This document shows positions 51,440-64,000 of a stretch of 64,000 nt of DNA, one piece after another (within the stretch, counting starts at the first letter, position 1; the number at the start of each line of letters is the position of its first letter). The stretch is from Okamejei kenojei (taxonomy: Eukaryota), in NCBI GenBank assembly GCA_035221665.1, contig CM069138.1, positions 86,924,001 to 86,988,000 of the forward strand, in the 5' to 3' direction. The translations under genes were made by a program, and so were the position numbers. Below the pieces are notes generated by a model that did not search any database, was not told where the DNA came from, and worked only from the letters and a program-made list of their open reading frames with translations.

Positions 51440-54240
51440 CATAGTCATACAGCATGGAAGCAGGGCCAACTTGTCCATGCTGACTAAGATGCTCCATCTC
51501 TGTTAGTTCCACTTGCCTGCATTTGGCCCATATCTCTCTAAGCCTTTCATATTCATATATACCTGAACAAATGTTGTTATAGTATCTGTCTCGACTTCCT
51601 TCCCAGGCAACTCATTCCGTATACCTTCCGGCCTCTGTGTCGGAAAGATTTCCTGCCTAGTTCCTATTAAACCTTTTCCCCCTGACCTTAAACCTGTGTC
51701 TTCTGATTCTTGATTCCCCTACTCTGGGTAAAATATTGCATTCACTCTGTCTATTCCCATCATGAATTTGTACATCTCTATAAGATCAACTCTCAGCTTC
51801 CTATGCTCCAAGTCCTAGCCTGTCTAACCTCTCCCTATAGCTCAGGCCTTCTAGTCTTGGCAATATCAAGTTTTTTCTGCACTCTTTCCAGCTTAATGAC
51901 ATTCTTTGCATACCAAGGTGACCAAAATGAACACAATACTCCAAATGTAGGCATAAAGTGATGAAGTAACTCGGCGATCTGGCAGCATCTCTGGCGAACA
52001 TGGAGAGGTGACATTTATGTGTCGGGATCATTTTTTAGTGTGAAACGTCGCTTATCCATGTTCCCCCAAGATGCTGCCAGACTGGCTGAGTTCTAGCACT
52101 TTTTTTGTAAACCAGCATCCGCAGTTCCTGTGACTCTACAATACTCCAAATATGGCCTCACCAATATCTTGTACAACTGTAACATAACATCCCGACTTTT
52201 ATACTCAATACCCTGATGAATTGAGGGCAATGGACCGAAAGCCTTCTTGAACATCCGATCTACCTGTGACACCACTTTCAGGAAACTGTGTCTATCCTCC
52301 TAGATTCTTTTGCTGTACAACACTCCCCAGGGCCCTACCGTTTACTGTGAAGGTTCTTCCCTGGTTTAACTTTCCAAAATGCAACACGTGGCACTTATTT
52401 ACACTAAACTCCGTTAGCCATTCCTTAGCCTACTTGACTTGCCCAGCCGATCAAGATCTTGCTATAATTTCCACTGTCGCCAACTTCAGCACTGCAGGAT
52501 ATTGCTTGGGGCGCTGTGCTGACGGCAGCCTCTGCCTGCAGCCTGTTTGTTTTTTCAATTTTTTTAAATTTTTATTCTGTTTTAAAGTTTGTCTTTGGGG
52601 GGAATCTTTGACTTTTATATGGGTGGGGGTGGGGGGCAGGGTAAGGGGGAAACTGTTTCCCAGTCGCTTCCTGGCGGGGACAAGACTATTTCTCCGAGTC
52701 GCGTCCTCGCCCCCCCCACCCCACCCCTCGCGGCCTACCACATGGATTGGCCTCTCCTGCCGGAGACTGGGAACCTGGCCAGAGCTACAACAGCGGCGGC
52801 GCAGCGCTGAATTCACCGCGGAGCTGGCGATACCTGCCTGGATCGCCGTTTGGAGCTCCGGAGCGTTGGGCCGCTGCTCCAACATCTTGGAGCTGCAGTT
52901 TGGGAGAGCTTCCAAAGCGGGCAGCGATGACCGTCATCGCGGAGCCCTGGGACCCTTTGCCGAGGGCCACCAGCGCTGCATCTCCGCCCAGCGCGGCCTG
53001 TGGACTTTGGGAGCCGCGGACTCCGGTAGGAGGGGGCCGACTCTGATGTCCAGGCTGCTGAGGAGGTCCCCCAGCCCCGACGTAGGACTTGCATCACCCC
53101 GGCGAGCAGGCCTGAACATCGGGCCGCCCGTAGCGGCGACTACGGAGGGCTTGGGGAGGCCCCGACCACGGGTGAACATTGGGGAACATTAGAGGAAGAG
53201 ACAGACTTTGGTGCCTCCCCTCACAGTGGGAAACTTTTGATTCTGCTATGTGGGGATGTTTACATTGAATTCTATCAACTCTATGGTGTGTTCTTTATTT
53301 TCATTGTATGGCTGTATGGTGATTACATTTTACTGTGCCAACTGGCACATGTGACAAATAAATGTATCTTGTATCTTAAGTGTCATCTCCAAACTTACTA
53401 ACCATGCCATATACCTTCTCATCCAAAGCATTGATATAAACCACAAACAGTAATGGGCCCCACCACTACTAGTCACAGCCCTCCACCATCATCCTCTGCT
53501 TCCTTCCATGGAGCTAATTCTGTATCCAATTGCCGAGCTTTTGCTGGATCCCATGCTTCCTTTCCATGCCGAAGTGTACCAAATGTCTTTTTAGTTTACT
53601 GAGGTACAGTGAAAAGCTTTTATGTGCTAACCAGTCGGCGGTAAAACAATACACGATTACTAACATGCCATTCACAGTGTACTGGTGCATAATAAGGAAT
53701 AACATTTCGTGCAAGATGTTTTGCTGAAGTCCATGCTGACGACATCTAAGCCTTTGCCCTTGATAACCATTTTGCTTATCACTTAGAAAAAACTCAATTA
53801 GATTTCTAAGACGGGATCTCCCATGTACAAAACCATGCAGCGTATACCCAATCAGCCCCTTTCCATCCAAGTGTATATTTATCTTATCGCGTAGAATCCT
53901 CTTCAGTAACTAGCCGACCACAGATGTTAAGCTCACTGGTCTATAGTTGCTTGGCTTTTCCTTGCAGCCCATCTTCAATAGAAGCACAGCTTTACTCGCC
54001 TTTCAGTCTTCCGCCACCACACCCATGTATAATGATGATTCATATATCTCGGCCAGCAATTTTGTGTCTAGTTTCCTTGTTGTCTTTGGGTATTTCTGAT
54101 CGGGTCCAGGAGGTTTATCTACCTTCATACATCTCACGATGTCCAGCACAACCTAAACGATAATACAGACGGTCATCAAGACATCTCCATTAACTATCCC
54201 AAGTTCCCCAGTCTTCATGTCCTCCATGGTAAAAACAGAA
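51440..54240 (-). mobile_element. Fragmented CR1 LINE with younger insertions (Penelope terminal repeat; a GC-rich ~0.9-kb non-autonomous element at ~52475-53378 with AATAAA and (TGTATCT)n tail)
   Basis: LQLYKILVRPYLEYC, GLSYRERLDRLGL, HGFVHGRSRLRNLIEFF on the minus strand; boundaries approximate. Confidence 0.7.
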
Positions 54241-55762
54241 GAGAAGTATATTAGTTTAATCTAGTTTTGTAGTGTTCTGACACACTCAGCACAATTATCC
54301 TATGATAAGTAAAGGTAGAACTATAACCAGTTTGATATTTTGTCAAATTTTGGAATGCATTATTTAATGCTTACAAACTAATTTTAAACCTAATGTGATT
54401 CGAAAGACTCAACCTAGTTTTGTGAAAAACTGTGAAGGGAAATTAAAATAAACTTGCATTTCAATGCTGCATGTTCCGAATCAGATGTTCTACAGTGAAT
54501 GTAACTAGTGAATGTAGTATGTCTGGATCTTAAGTATTTGACTGGTACCACACAAATTTGCAGGAAAGGTTTTGACTGAGTGGCGATAACAAATCAGCAA
54601 GCATACAGGTCAGAAAACATAATTTTGGATTGTAGCTTGAGGTGCCACTGCTTTTCATTCTGAGATTTTGAGTACTTGCTGTCTGCATTGGGCAACGTCT
54701 TGCCAGAGGCAGACGAGAATCAAATGTAAAGCTGTGTCAGCAAGTTAGGAACTTGCATGTTTGTTTGGGAATCCTAATTATTTTGGCACTTGAGCTGAGA
54801 ATAATGGCAGTTTGCGCAGAGCTCCCACATTTCCCAGAAATTTCTAGTCTAATAACATCTAGGGTGAAAAAGTTATTTCTAAATTTTCTGAAATACAAAT
54901 CCCCTTGGGAATATGAGCGGAGAGAAGAATGCAATATTCTGGGAGAACTGTATCTCTGGTTTCTGTATTGAAAGGTGCATAACCTTGCCATGGAGTTGAA
55001 GCGGTATAGATTAATGCGGTTGATTTTTCAGATGAGAGATTATGATTGACAATACTCACTGATTAACAGGGTAGCCCTAAGAGACTATTAATAGTTGGAG
55101 ACTCCAGGGTAGGGGATTGGTCATTAGGCAACGATTATAAATCACTGGATTCCGTACCTCACCAGCGGGTTGGGGCTGTGTTGTGTATATTTTTTGTGAC
55201 TGACATTGATGATTTTGGGCCTGAAAACTGAACAATAAAATATGCAAGTTTGTTTTAAAAAGACAAAGATAGTGTTCAGGATAGACATGCTAGGTCTGTT
55301 CAGACTTATTGGAATATTGTCGGAGTGGTAAGAGTCTAGACACACTGAAAGAAACAAATTCTAAAGCTGGGGTGGGGTCACAGATACAAAGAACATTCAT
55401 AAAATATAATTAAACCTTCACTGTTTGTCTCCATTGAATACTAAAAGTCTGACTCATTGGAGGTCTGCCTTCATTTTATTTGACAAAAGTGTTGACAGCT
55501 GATTATATAAATTTATTCTAAATTCTCCAATTTAGACCATTGAGTTCAGATGACCTATAAATGAAGTAGAGTAGATCAACCAGGATCTTGCATAATGGTG
55601 GAAGAGGCTTGAGGGACTGAACGACCTTCTCTTCCAGTATGCCTTGTGTCAGTATTTTGTAAAAACAAACCCATGATGTTGTGTTTAATGATAGTTATTG
55701 GTATGTATTCACTGTGATCCAATACCTTCTAAAGCATTTTGTGTGTTATTTTTCTTTTTTAG

Positions 55763-55872
55763 GGATAATTATGTGACCATCTGGTTTATTGGGATCATTT
55801 TTAAGAAGGTGGAAAATGCAGAAAGTGTAAACATTGATCTGACGCAAGATATTCAGTTGTTCACTGACACAG
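55763..55872 (+). CDS. PAPOLG: PAPOLG coding exon 15 (gene continues beyond the window)
   Basis: DNYVTIWFIGIIFKKVENAESVNIDLTQDIQLFTDT; AG/GT; next exon not found before 64000. Confidence 0.96.
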
Positions 55873-56959
55873 GTAAACAAATGATTAATTTGCTCATCTC
55901 AGTATTTTCACTGCCATAGATATTATAAGTTCTACAATGAAAAATAATATTGTAACATCTTCCCTTTCTATTAGTTTACCTAAAGTTCAGCAAGTTTAGG
56001 ATGTTTTCACATTTTCATATTCTCTATATTTTTATTATTTTTATTTACCATCTTGTCCCAAAAAAGTAATCCGTTCCTTGGATTGTTTTGTGGTACTCCA
56101 GCTTATCTATGTCTAGGAAAGAACTGCAGATGCTGGTTTAAATAGGTAAACACGAAATGCTGGAGTAACTCAGCGGGACAGGCAGCATCTCTGGAGAGGA
56201 GGAATCATCAGAGATGATACTTGTCCTGCTGAGTAACGCCATCATTTTGTGTCTACCTTCCAACTTATCTATTCTGCAATTTTTCAATATAATTTCATCC
56301 ATGCCTTTTACAAGGTGCTATTAATCACATTTCTTGTGTAACCTTCTAAAATGTTGTGTACACAATAGTGGCATTTAGTTGAACATTCCTCTGCATCAGG
56401 GAATGTTTGTAGGGCAGGCATTTACAATCTATTGATTTTTGTTACGCTTTATCATTCCACTTCTTATCATGTATGCTTGTCAACCTATTGTATCCGGCTT
56501 CCTATTTGGTGGTTTTACTTTCCAGATGCTCCATTTATTAGGATGCAACTATGTCCCCATGTTAGGGTAGAGAAAGTAAAACTTACAGCTTGTGCTAAGT
56601 CTCTGCTGCTAGGGCAATTTGTGACGTTATGTATCCCAGAACAGTTTAGTTTGAAAGCATTTTATGGTTATATTCTTTGGAGAACTAAGTAGACACCTGT
56701 AGATCTTCTGAAGTGAATCAATAATTGGTAACACGGAGCTCTAGATGAAAGGTTTATTTTACTTTTCCTTCACCAAAACTTAGTTAAATTGCTCTTGATC
56801 TTGAATCAGGACATTTATTTTGTCATTTGCTCCTCATGAGATTCTTTATTTTGAAGGGTGGTAAAAGTAGTTTTAGATGCAAAAACAAAGTGATAAAGTA
56901 TCTTATAATTGTAGATCTAAAATAAGATAATTTATCATTACATTTCTAGTAAACATGCA

Positions 56960-58955
56960 TGTGTGGCATGTTGAGGCGGCCCGAACGCATAGATACAATC
57001 CCGTGCCCCGGGGGCTTGCTCTGTTCAGGAGAATCTCCTGGAGACCGGGACAGCGGGCGCCCGCGACGGGGCGGTTGAGCCACATGGACTGGCTCGCTCG
57101 GGTCCAGGTGGGCTGGTTTCAAACGAGCCACAGACACCGTTTCACGCCGGCCTCCCATATCCAAATCAAATGTAGTAGGCCCGTCTCGCAGCAGGCAAAA
57201 GGGACCTTCATACGGGCGCTGCAAGGGTGATTGTGGGAGTCACGGCGAAGAAAAACGTACGGGCAGCCCATCCGCGGCAGTGGCACATGGGAAGGGGCCA
57301 CTCCATGATGCGACGTGGGGATGGGAGATAGGGCGCCGACCCTCTCCCGCAAGTGGATCAGCACCGATAACGGGGGTTCCTGGGACCCATCAGCAGCAGG
57401 GATAAACTCCCCGGGGACGGTGAGCGGAGCACCATATACCAACTCCGCGGAGGATGATGACAGATCCTCCTTGCGGGCCGTCCGAATCCCCAACACGACC
57501 TATGGCAACTCGTCCATCCACCCAGGGCCTGTGAGACGAGCCTTCAGACAGCGGTGGAACCGCTACACCAACCTATTTGATTGGGGATGGTACGCTGTCG
57601 TGTGGTGGAGCTGTGTTGCCAACAGGCGGGCCATGGTGGACCACAGTTCAGATGTAAACTGGGCGCCCCGGTCGGATGTGATGTGCAGTGGAACCCCAAA
57701 GCAATCCAGGCTGCTACGAGGGCACGAGCACACAAACTGCGTTGAAGTGTCCGTGAGCGGGATGGCCTCCGACCACCGCGTAAAATGGTCGACCTCCGTA
57801 AGCAGGTGTGAAACCTCTTGGGACGGAGGCAGCGGCCCCACGATGTCCACGTGTATGTGATCGAACCGCCGGCGTGGCACTGCGAAGTCTTGAATGGGCG
57901 CCCGGACGTGTCTATGCACCTTTGATGTCTGGCACGGGATACATGCCCGGGCCCAGCGAGCAACTTGTTTCCGAAGCCCGTGCCACATAAATCTTGCGGC
58001 CACCATAGTGACCGTGGCCCGGATGGATGGGTGGGCCAGCCCATGGATCACCTCAAACACGCAATGGCGCCAGGCCGCCAGAACGATAGGCCTCGGCTGA
58101 CCCGTGGATACGCCACAGAGGATGGAACCCGAGGAACCCAACGACACGTCCTCAAGCACCAGGCCAGAGATCGCGGTGCGGTACGCCGGCATCTCATCGT
58201 CCACCAGCTGGGCCGCCGCCCAGTCGGAGTAATCTATCCCCGAGGCCGGGTTAAGCACGGCTGCAGGTAGGTGAGTTCAAAGAGTGGACAGGGCCGGTGA
58301 TCACCCGTGAGCGTGAGCATCTCGCTCATGAGGGCTGAGGGCATCCGGTCGCCGCGCCCGCCCATGTTAAGGTCCTGACAGGCGCTCTGCATTCGGCTCG
58401 GCCCGTGGATCCGGAGCAACAGCTCCTTGAGGCCTGTGTATTTCCCCACGACCGGTGGGTTACCCAGGTAAGGAATGACCCGACCGGCCGTCTGCTGGTC
58501 AAGGACGCTTACCACATAGTGATAGTGAGTCTCGTCAGCTGTAATGCCGCGGATGTGAAATTGGGATTCGGCCTGTCAAAACCAAACACTCGGCTGCGAG
58601 GTCCAAAATGTAGCCAGCTTCAGGGAGACCGCGTTGAGTTCGGCCTAGTAAGCAGCAGAGGCAGAATGCATTTTTAAAATGTCCTTTCCAGGATTACACT
58701 CCTGGGCGTCTGTGTCACCCATGTGGCGGGGACTGGCAGGAGTCCAGCCAAAAACTAGTCAGACACAGGTTGTGTGCTCTAGACGTGTTTAATCTTCTCC
58801 ATACAGCTCCCTACTCCTCAGCTGACACGGGCGTTGCCCGGCCTTAAATAACAACGGAGATAACAACCCAGTGACTCGCGCCTCCCCCACCAAGACGCCG
58901 CCCTCTAGAGCCGATGGTTCGTCGTGACCTTTGGTTGCTATCAGTTGCCGCCACA
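56960..58955 (-). mobile_element. Internally deleted Gypsy element (one LTR, gag remnant fused to integrase)
   Basis: LTR 58722-58955 with TGTGGCGG...CCGCCACA termini; integrase HHCC (HGLAHP..CIPC), HVDIVGPLP, ITSDRGAQF, YHPQSN, GPF motif; PR/RT/RH absent. Confidence 0.85.
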
Positions 58956-59049
58956 ATGTCACCTTAATCCTAGACTTGACTATTTTATTCATGAATTAAA
59001 ATTTTCAGCTAGTAAAACGCTGAAATATCTAATTGCTTTTTAGATGTAG

Positions 59050-60840
59050 GAAACATGAAAATCTTGCTTTTAAGAGTGTGGTGGTGAGAGTTCAAAGCGT
59101 GTTCCTGATAAAGGGTAAGGCAGGTGGGCATGAGAAAGACTGGATCATGAGAGTGATTGAGATTCTGGTGAGGAAAAAGGAGGCATGTGCCAGGTATAGG
59201 CAGCTGGAATCGAGAGTATCACTGGAGAATTTTAGGAGACTGAGGAGCATACTTATGAAGGAAATCAGGATGACAAAAAAGGAGGCAAGAGATAGCTCTG
59301 AAAAATAATATTAAGAAGAATGCAAGGTATGTAATAATTACATTAAAGGGAAGAGGATAACTGAGATAGTAGGGCCCATTAGAAACCAAAGCAATTGTTT
59401 CTGAGGAGTTGCAAGAGAATGAGCAAAGTACGGAAAGAGTATTTCTCCCACGTTTACTGTGGAAAAATACAAAGACTAGTCAACCTGGTTTTGCACACGA
59501 AGAGATTGTGTTGCATGAATTGGAGTAGAAGTAACCAAGAAGGCAGACAAGGACAAGACCAGAGACGTTCTCTACATGGACGTCCGCAAGGCTTTTGAGG
59601 TTCTGCATGACAGGTTACTCTGGAAGGTTGGATTGTATGGAGAGCAAAGGCGTGAATACAAAATTGATTCGTGGAAGGAAGCAGAGGGTGGTAGTGGATG
59701 ATGCTTTTTTAGGGCTGGAGGATTGGGACTAGTGAGGTGGCTCGGCGCTGGGTCCATTGCTGTTTGTGATTTCTATTAATGATTTAGATTAAATGTGCAA
59801 GGCTTTTTTGGTAAGTTTGTAGATGTCACTAAAGCAGGTGGTATAGACACTGAAGGGGGTTAGCAAAAATTACAGCAGGATATTGATCAGCTGGGAAAAA
59901 TGTGTAAGAACTTTTTTTTCTAACATGTAAATACTGATTCTGTTCTGTAGTTTTTGTACAATCCACAGGCATTGCCACTTTCATTTCACTGCACATCCTG
60001 TATGTGTATGTGACAAAGTTGACTTGACTTGCAGAGAGAGGCTGGTTAAATCGAAGGTAGACACACAATGCTGGAGTAACTCAGTGGGTGGGCTAGAGCA
60101 TGCTGAATGGAGTTCAGTGCCGAAAAGTGTGAGGTGGTGCATTTATGGGAAGGCAAACCACAGCACGACATTCACAGAGAACGGAAGGTCCTGGGGTGTG
60201 TAGTGGAACATAGGGATCCCGGAGTACAGGTGGTGAAAGTGGTGTCACAAATAGGGTGGTAGAGAAGCCTTTTTGGAACACCAGCCTTCATCAGTCGGGT
60301 GTTAATGAGTGATGTTGGGACATTTTACAGTTTTGGTCACCCTACTATGGGAAGGATGTCATCAAGCTGGTAAGATGACACAGTAGATTTATGAGGATGT
60401 TGCCAGGATTCAGGTGCCTGAACTATAGGGAAAGGTTAGACAGACAGAGAGGTTAGAGCACAGGAAGCCAAGAGATTATCTCATAGTGTTGTATAAAATT
60501 ATGAAGGAAATTGATTTGATGAATGCACAGTTATTTACCCAGGGTAGGGGAATCGAGAATCAGATTACCTCAGTTTAAAGTGAGAGGGGAAAGAATTAAT
60601 AGGAACCTGAGCAGCAACTTTTTCACTGAGGATGGTGAGTATATCGAATGAGCTGCCGGAGGAGGTAGTTAAAGTAGGTACAATAATAACATTGAAAAGA
60701 CACTTGGATAGATAAATGGATAAGAAATAAAATAGAGACACGTGGACTGAATGTGGGCAAACTAGCTTAGTCGTCGTTGATAGGTTGAGCTGAAATCCTG
60801 TTTCTCTGCTTTGGCTTCTCCGCTTATATGACTGACTCTC
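59050..60840 (+). mobile_element. Old CR1 LINE ORF2/3' fragment
   Basis: Decayed RT similarity and CR1-type 3' end (GGAACCTGAGCAGCAACTTTTTCAC...TATGACT). Confidence 0.65.
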
Positions 60841-62277
60841 TGACTCAATGTAACAAAAGTCTTTGTTTGACACAGTAAATACAGTACATTACAGCACAAC
60901 ATCATCCTTTATGAGGATTAATCACCGTTTTAAATCCTTGTTAGAAACTGTTATGGTTAGATTATTATTTACAGTTTCTTTCAACTATCTAAATTTGGTG
61001 GTGTACTCTGCCCAGATCTTGAAGCCAAAATCTAGAATTTTTGCAGCAGGGCAGAATAGCTTCAATAGGAATTAACTATCGTGGTATCATCCTGGCTAGA
61101 TTCAAGCTTCATCAGTTTTACATTCTCTCCCTCGCTTTTCAATATTCCTTCGGTGCCTCTAGCACCTGTTTTCTTTCTTAATATAGTTTAGTTATCCTGT
61201 TAAATTTTACTTTTAACATGAAACTTGACGGGCAACAGTTCTTTCATGTGAAGATAGCTTCTTTAAGTGCTCATGCTTGCCTTAGATTTCATCCTGATTT
61301 AACATTTTTGATTTCCATTTGCAAAACTAAAAATACTTTTGTACATGTTGGACAAAATGGGACAAGCATTTTCAACACTGGAAGATTATGCTGTAATTAA
61401 AAGATAATTTCCACAAAAGGCTCTCTCGCTTGGCATAGCTGAACTTTTGAAGTGTCTGATGAAATATTTTTCATTTATTAGTATAAATGTTCAATTTCAA
61501 TATTCTTACTAAAACTGTTTGTAGTCTGACGGCATATAATGGATTATACTGCTGCTAATTCGGGAAAATAGTTCTGATTGTTGGAGATACCAGAAAGATG
61601 GGTACCAGTTGTAGATTGCTTATGCTAAAATAAATGTTTTATTTTTGGAATAACTAATGCAATTGCTCAAACAGGAATTGACTTCCTCTGAGACAAGAAT
61701 TGCCTAACTTTCTTTTGGAATTGTATATTCATTCCCACTGGACAGTGAGTTCTTCCCAACCTTTTCATAGGCTCATTCAATTTATTTTATTGACTTTATC
61801 CAGTCATAAGACTACTATAGGATGGAAGTTCCCAACTTGATCCACCAGGTTCTTGTTGGCTCTCTGCAAGAGTATTCCAGTCTTGCTCTCTTCTATGATA
61901 CTGGGTATGGTTTTATTTCCTTCAAAAGATTTCTCCAATATATTTTTTGATAATGATGATTGACTCCTTCCCACAGAAATGCTTTGCTCTAGGCACCCTG
62001 ATTTTTTTTGATTTTTTTTATTATTGTAAATTTATGTGCCCTAGCCTCTGATCCTTGTACCAATGCAAACAAATTTAGACCCTTCGTGACTTTAAAACAT
62101 GTCTAACCTCTTCTCAACCTTCTAAAGGGAGAAGCTGGGATTGATTGTTCAACTTATAACAAAACTCCGCACATGGGATTAATGTACTCAACCTTTTCTA
62201 TGTCCTTTCTATGGACTTCATGTTTCCACTAGTGCAATAACCAAAACCAAATATTTTTCTCGAGGTCTGGTTTAGGC

Positions 62278-62495
62278 AACCAGCTGGTAGTGCTGCTGCC
62301 TTGCACTAGCAGTGAACCAGGTTCGATTCTAACCTTAAATGCTGTCTGTGTGGATTTTGCATGTTCTCCCTCTCACCACGTGGGTCTTTCCGGGTGCTCC
62401 AGCTTCTGACAATGTTCCAATCCCGTGCAACTTTGTAGGTTAATTGCCCCTTGTGTGGAGGGAGTGGATGTGTGAGTGGGATAATATAAAACTGA
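62278..62495 (+). mobile_element. V-SINE-like SINE copy
   Basis: A/B-box-like start (GGTTCGATTC) and V-domain TGTGGATTTTGCATGTTCTCCC...GTGGGTCTTTCCGGGTGCTCC. Confidence 0.7.
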
Positions 62496-63576
62496 TGTTT
62501 ATAATGCACATTATTATTCTCACTCAGTAGACATCAGAGCTATTTTGCAAAAGCATCTTCCTTAAGTGCCACAAATACCTGGTTTGCTCTAGATTTAAAA
62601 CAAATAATGTCATTAGTATGCAGAAGACACAAGATCTGATTCAAAGACTAATGTTCATGTTCAAATAGTGCAAGGTGCAGTGATTTGTATTTGCCATGCA
62701 TTGGACATTGTTGCTTTTTGATCTTTATTGCATCTTTATGCTGGCAGATTCTAGTGTATGTTTGCCTCTAAATATTTGGTTAAATGTTAAAGTCATCTCA
62801 TCACTTGAAAACAACAATGACTTGGTTTTCCAAAGTTTTCAAATGAACAGGCTGGTACTTTTATCCAAATATGGAGTAAATAAATAGGATATTGGAAACC
62901 TCAATAGTGTCGTCTGCGAATTTGTTAATGGAGTTAGAGCAGAATTGGCCCCACGCTCATAGGGCCAAATGCCAGTTGGAATTCTTAACTTTCATGGAGT
63001 GAAGACTGATCAAGTTACTGTGATAAATGCAGTCATTGGTCACATCATGAAATACTATTGGAGTCGAGCTTCACCAACTGATTCCTGGGATGTCAGACTG
63101 TCTTCTGGATAGACTATACTCTCTGGACTGGGGTTGGACAGCCCGATGTTGGGGAAGTCTCACAGCTTAAGGATAAGGGGGAAATGGACTGAGATGAGGA
63201 AAGACTTTTTTCACACACAACTCTCTGCCACAGAGGGTAGTTGGAGGCCAGTTCATTGGCTACCCTTGTGGCTAAGGGGATCAGAGGGTATGGAGAGAAG
63301 GCACGGGATACTGAGTTGGATGATCAGCCATGATCATATTGAATAAGGGCTGAATGGCCTACTCCTGCACCTAATTTCTATGCTAAAATAAACTAAACTT
63401 AATGTCTTATAGCTTGTGTAAAGCACTGCAGATTGCAAAGAACACCTGCTAACCAATCTGTCATCTAAAATCCCCCCCCCAATTTGCAGTTTATAAGCAA
63501 TGACAGACTTGCAAACATTACTATGAAACATCCATAAAGCAAAGCACACTGTTTACTTGAAGCATTACTACAAAAT

Positions 63577-63862
63577 TTGTTTAGAGATACGGTGTGGAAA
63601 CAGGCCGTTCAGCCGAGTCCACACCAACCAACGATCACCCGCACATTAACACTACCCTACACGCACTATGGACAATTTTACATTTATACTAAGCCTACAA
63701 ACCTGTGCGTCTCTGGAGTGTGGGAGGAAATTGGAGCACCCAGGGAAAACCCACACAGGTCATGGGGAGAAGGTACAAAATCTGTACAGACAGCACTGGT
63801 AGTCGGGATCGAACCCGGGTCTCTGCCGTTCTAAGACAATAGCTCTGCCACCATGCCACCTG
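63577..63862 (-). mobile_element. HE1/V-SINE-like SINE copy
   Basis: Reverse-complement B-box (GGGATCGAACCC), V domain and 3' tail matching 37172-37412. Confidence 0.8.
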
Positions 63863-64000
63863 TAAAATCTAATACTGTCCCATCGACACGTGGCAGAAAT
63901 CCAATCTGAATTACATCGAGTTTTCTCAATTGTCAGCAAGTTGATGACACGTGCTATCAAGTAAAATTTATCTTCCGAAAAGCCACTTTTGAAAAGTAAG

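Noticed and set aside
52266-53192. 308-aa ORF
   Set aside because: Chimeric read-through from antisense CR1 into a GC-rich non-autonomous repeat; no recognisable domain

Overview
Eukaryotic, transposon-dense genomic DNA, most likely from a cartilaginous fish (skate/ray), inferred from HE1/V-SINE-like, CR1, Penelope and fish-type L1 repeats. The only host gene found is poly(A) polymerase gamma (PAPOLG) on the + strand. Its CpG-island promoter and exon 1 (MKEMSA) lie at ~20.3-20.45 kb. Coding exons 2-15 were mapped by hand with GT-AG boundaries to 55872, and the gene continues past the window. Exon 2 has an apparent 1-bp deletion. The supplied ORF track misses almost all of these exons. Upstream (1-19.4 kb) is a pile-up of L1, Gypsy, CR1 and Ingi/Vingi-like elements. 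The introns hold Tc1 (IR/DR type), hAT, Penelope (with hammerhead cores), Rex1/Babar, Gypsy, CR1 and SINE copies, plus a 533-N gap. The most striking feature is a ~2.2-kb tandem array (17111-19328) of an unclassified non-coding element. It is inserted in an L1 between TAATAATA direct repeats, and its end-to-start junctions fold into a ~200-nt strand-specific DNA-type hairpin (cGAAg triloop, tandem GA mismatches), suggesting an ssDNA/circular transposition intermediate. Other notable items are a fold-back LTR-like mini-element with 5-bp TSD, a Gypsy element whose interior is inverted relative to its LTR/PBS, a uORF whose stop overlaps the PAPOLG ATG, and a candidate 21-nt poison micro-exon in intron 9.
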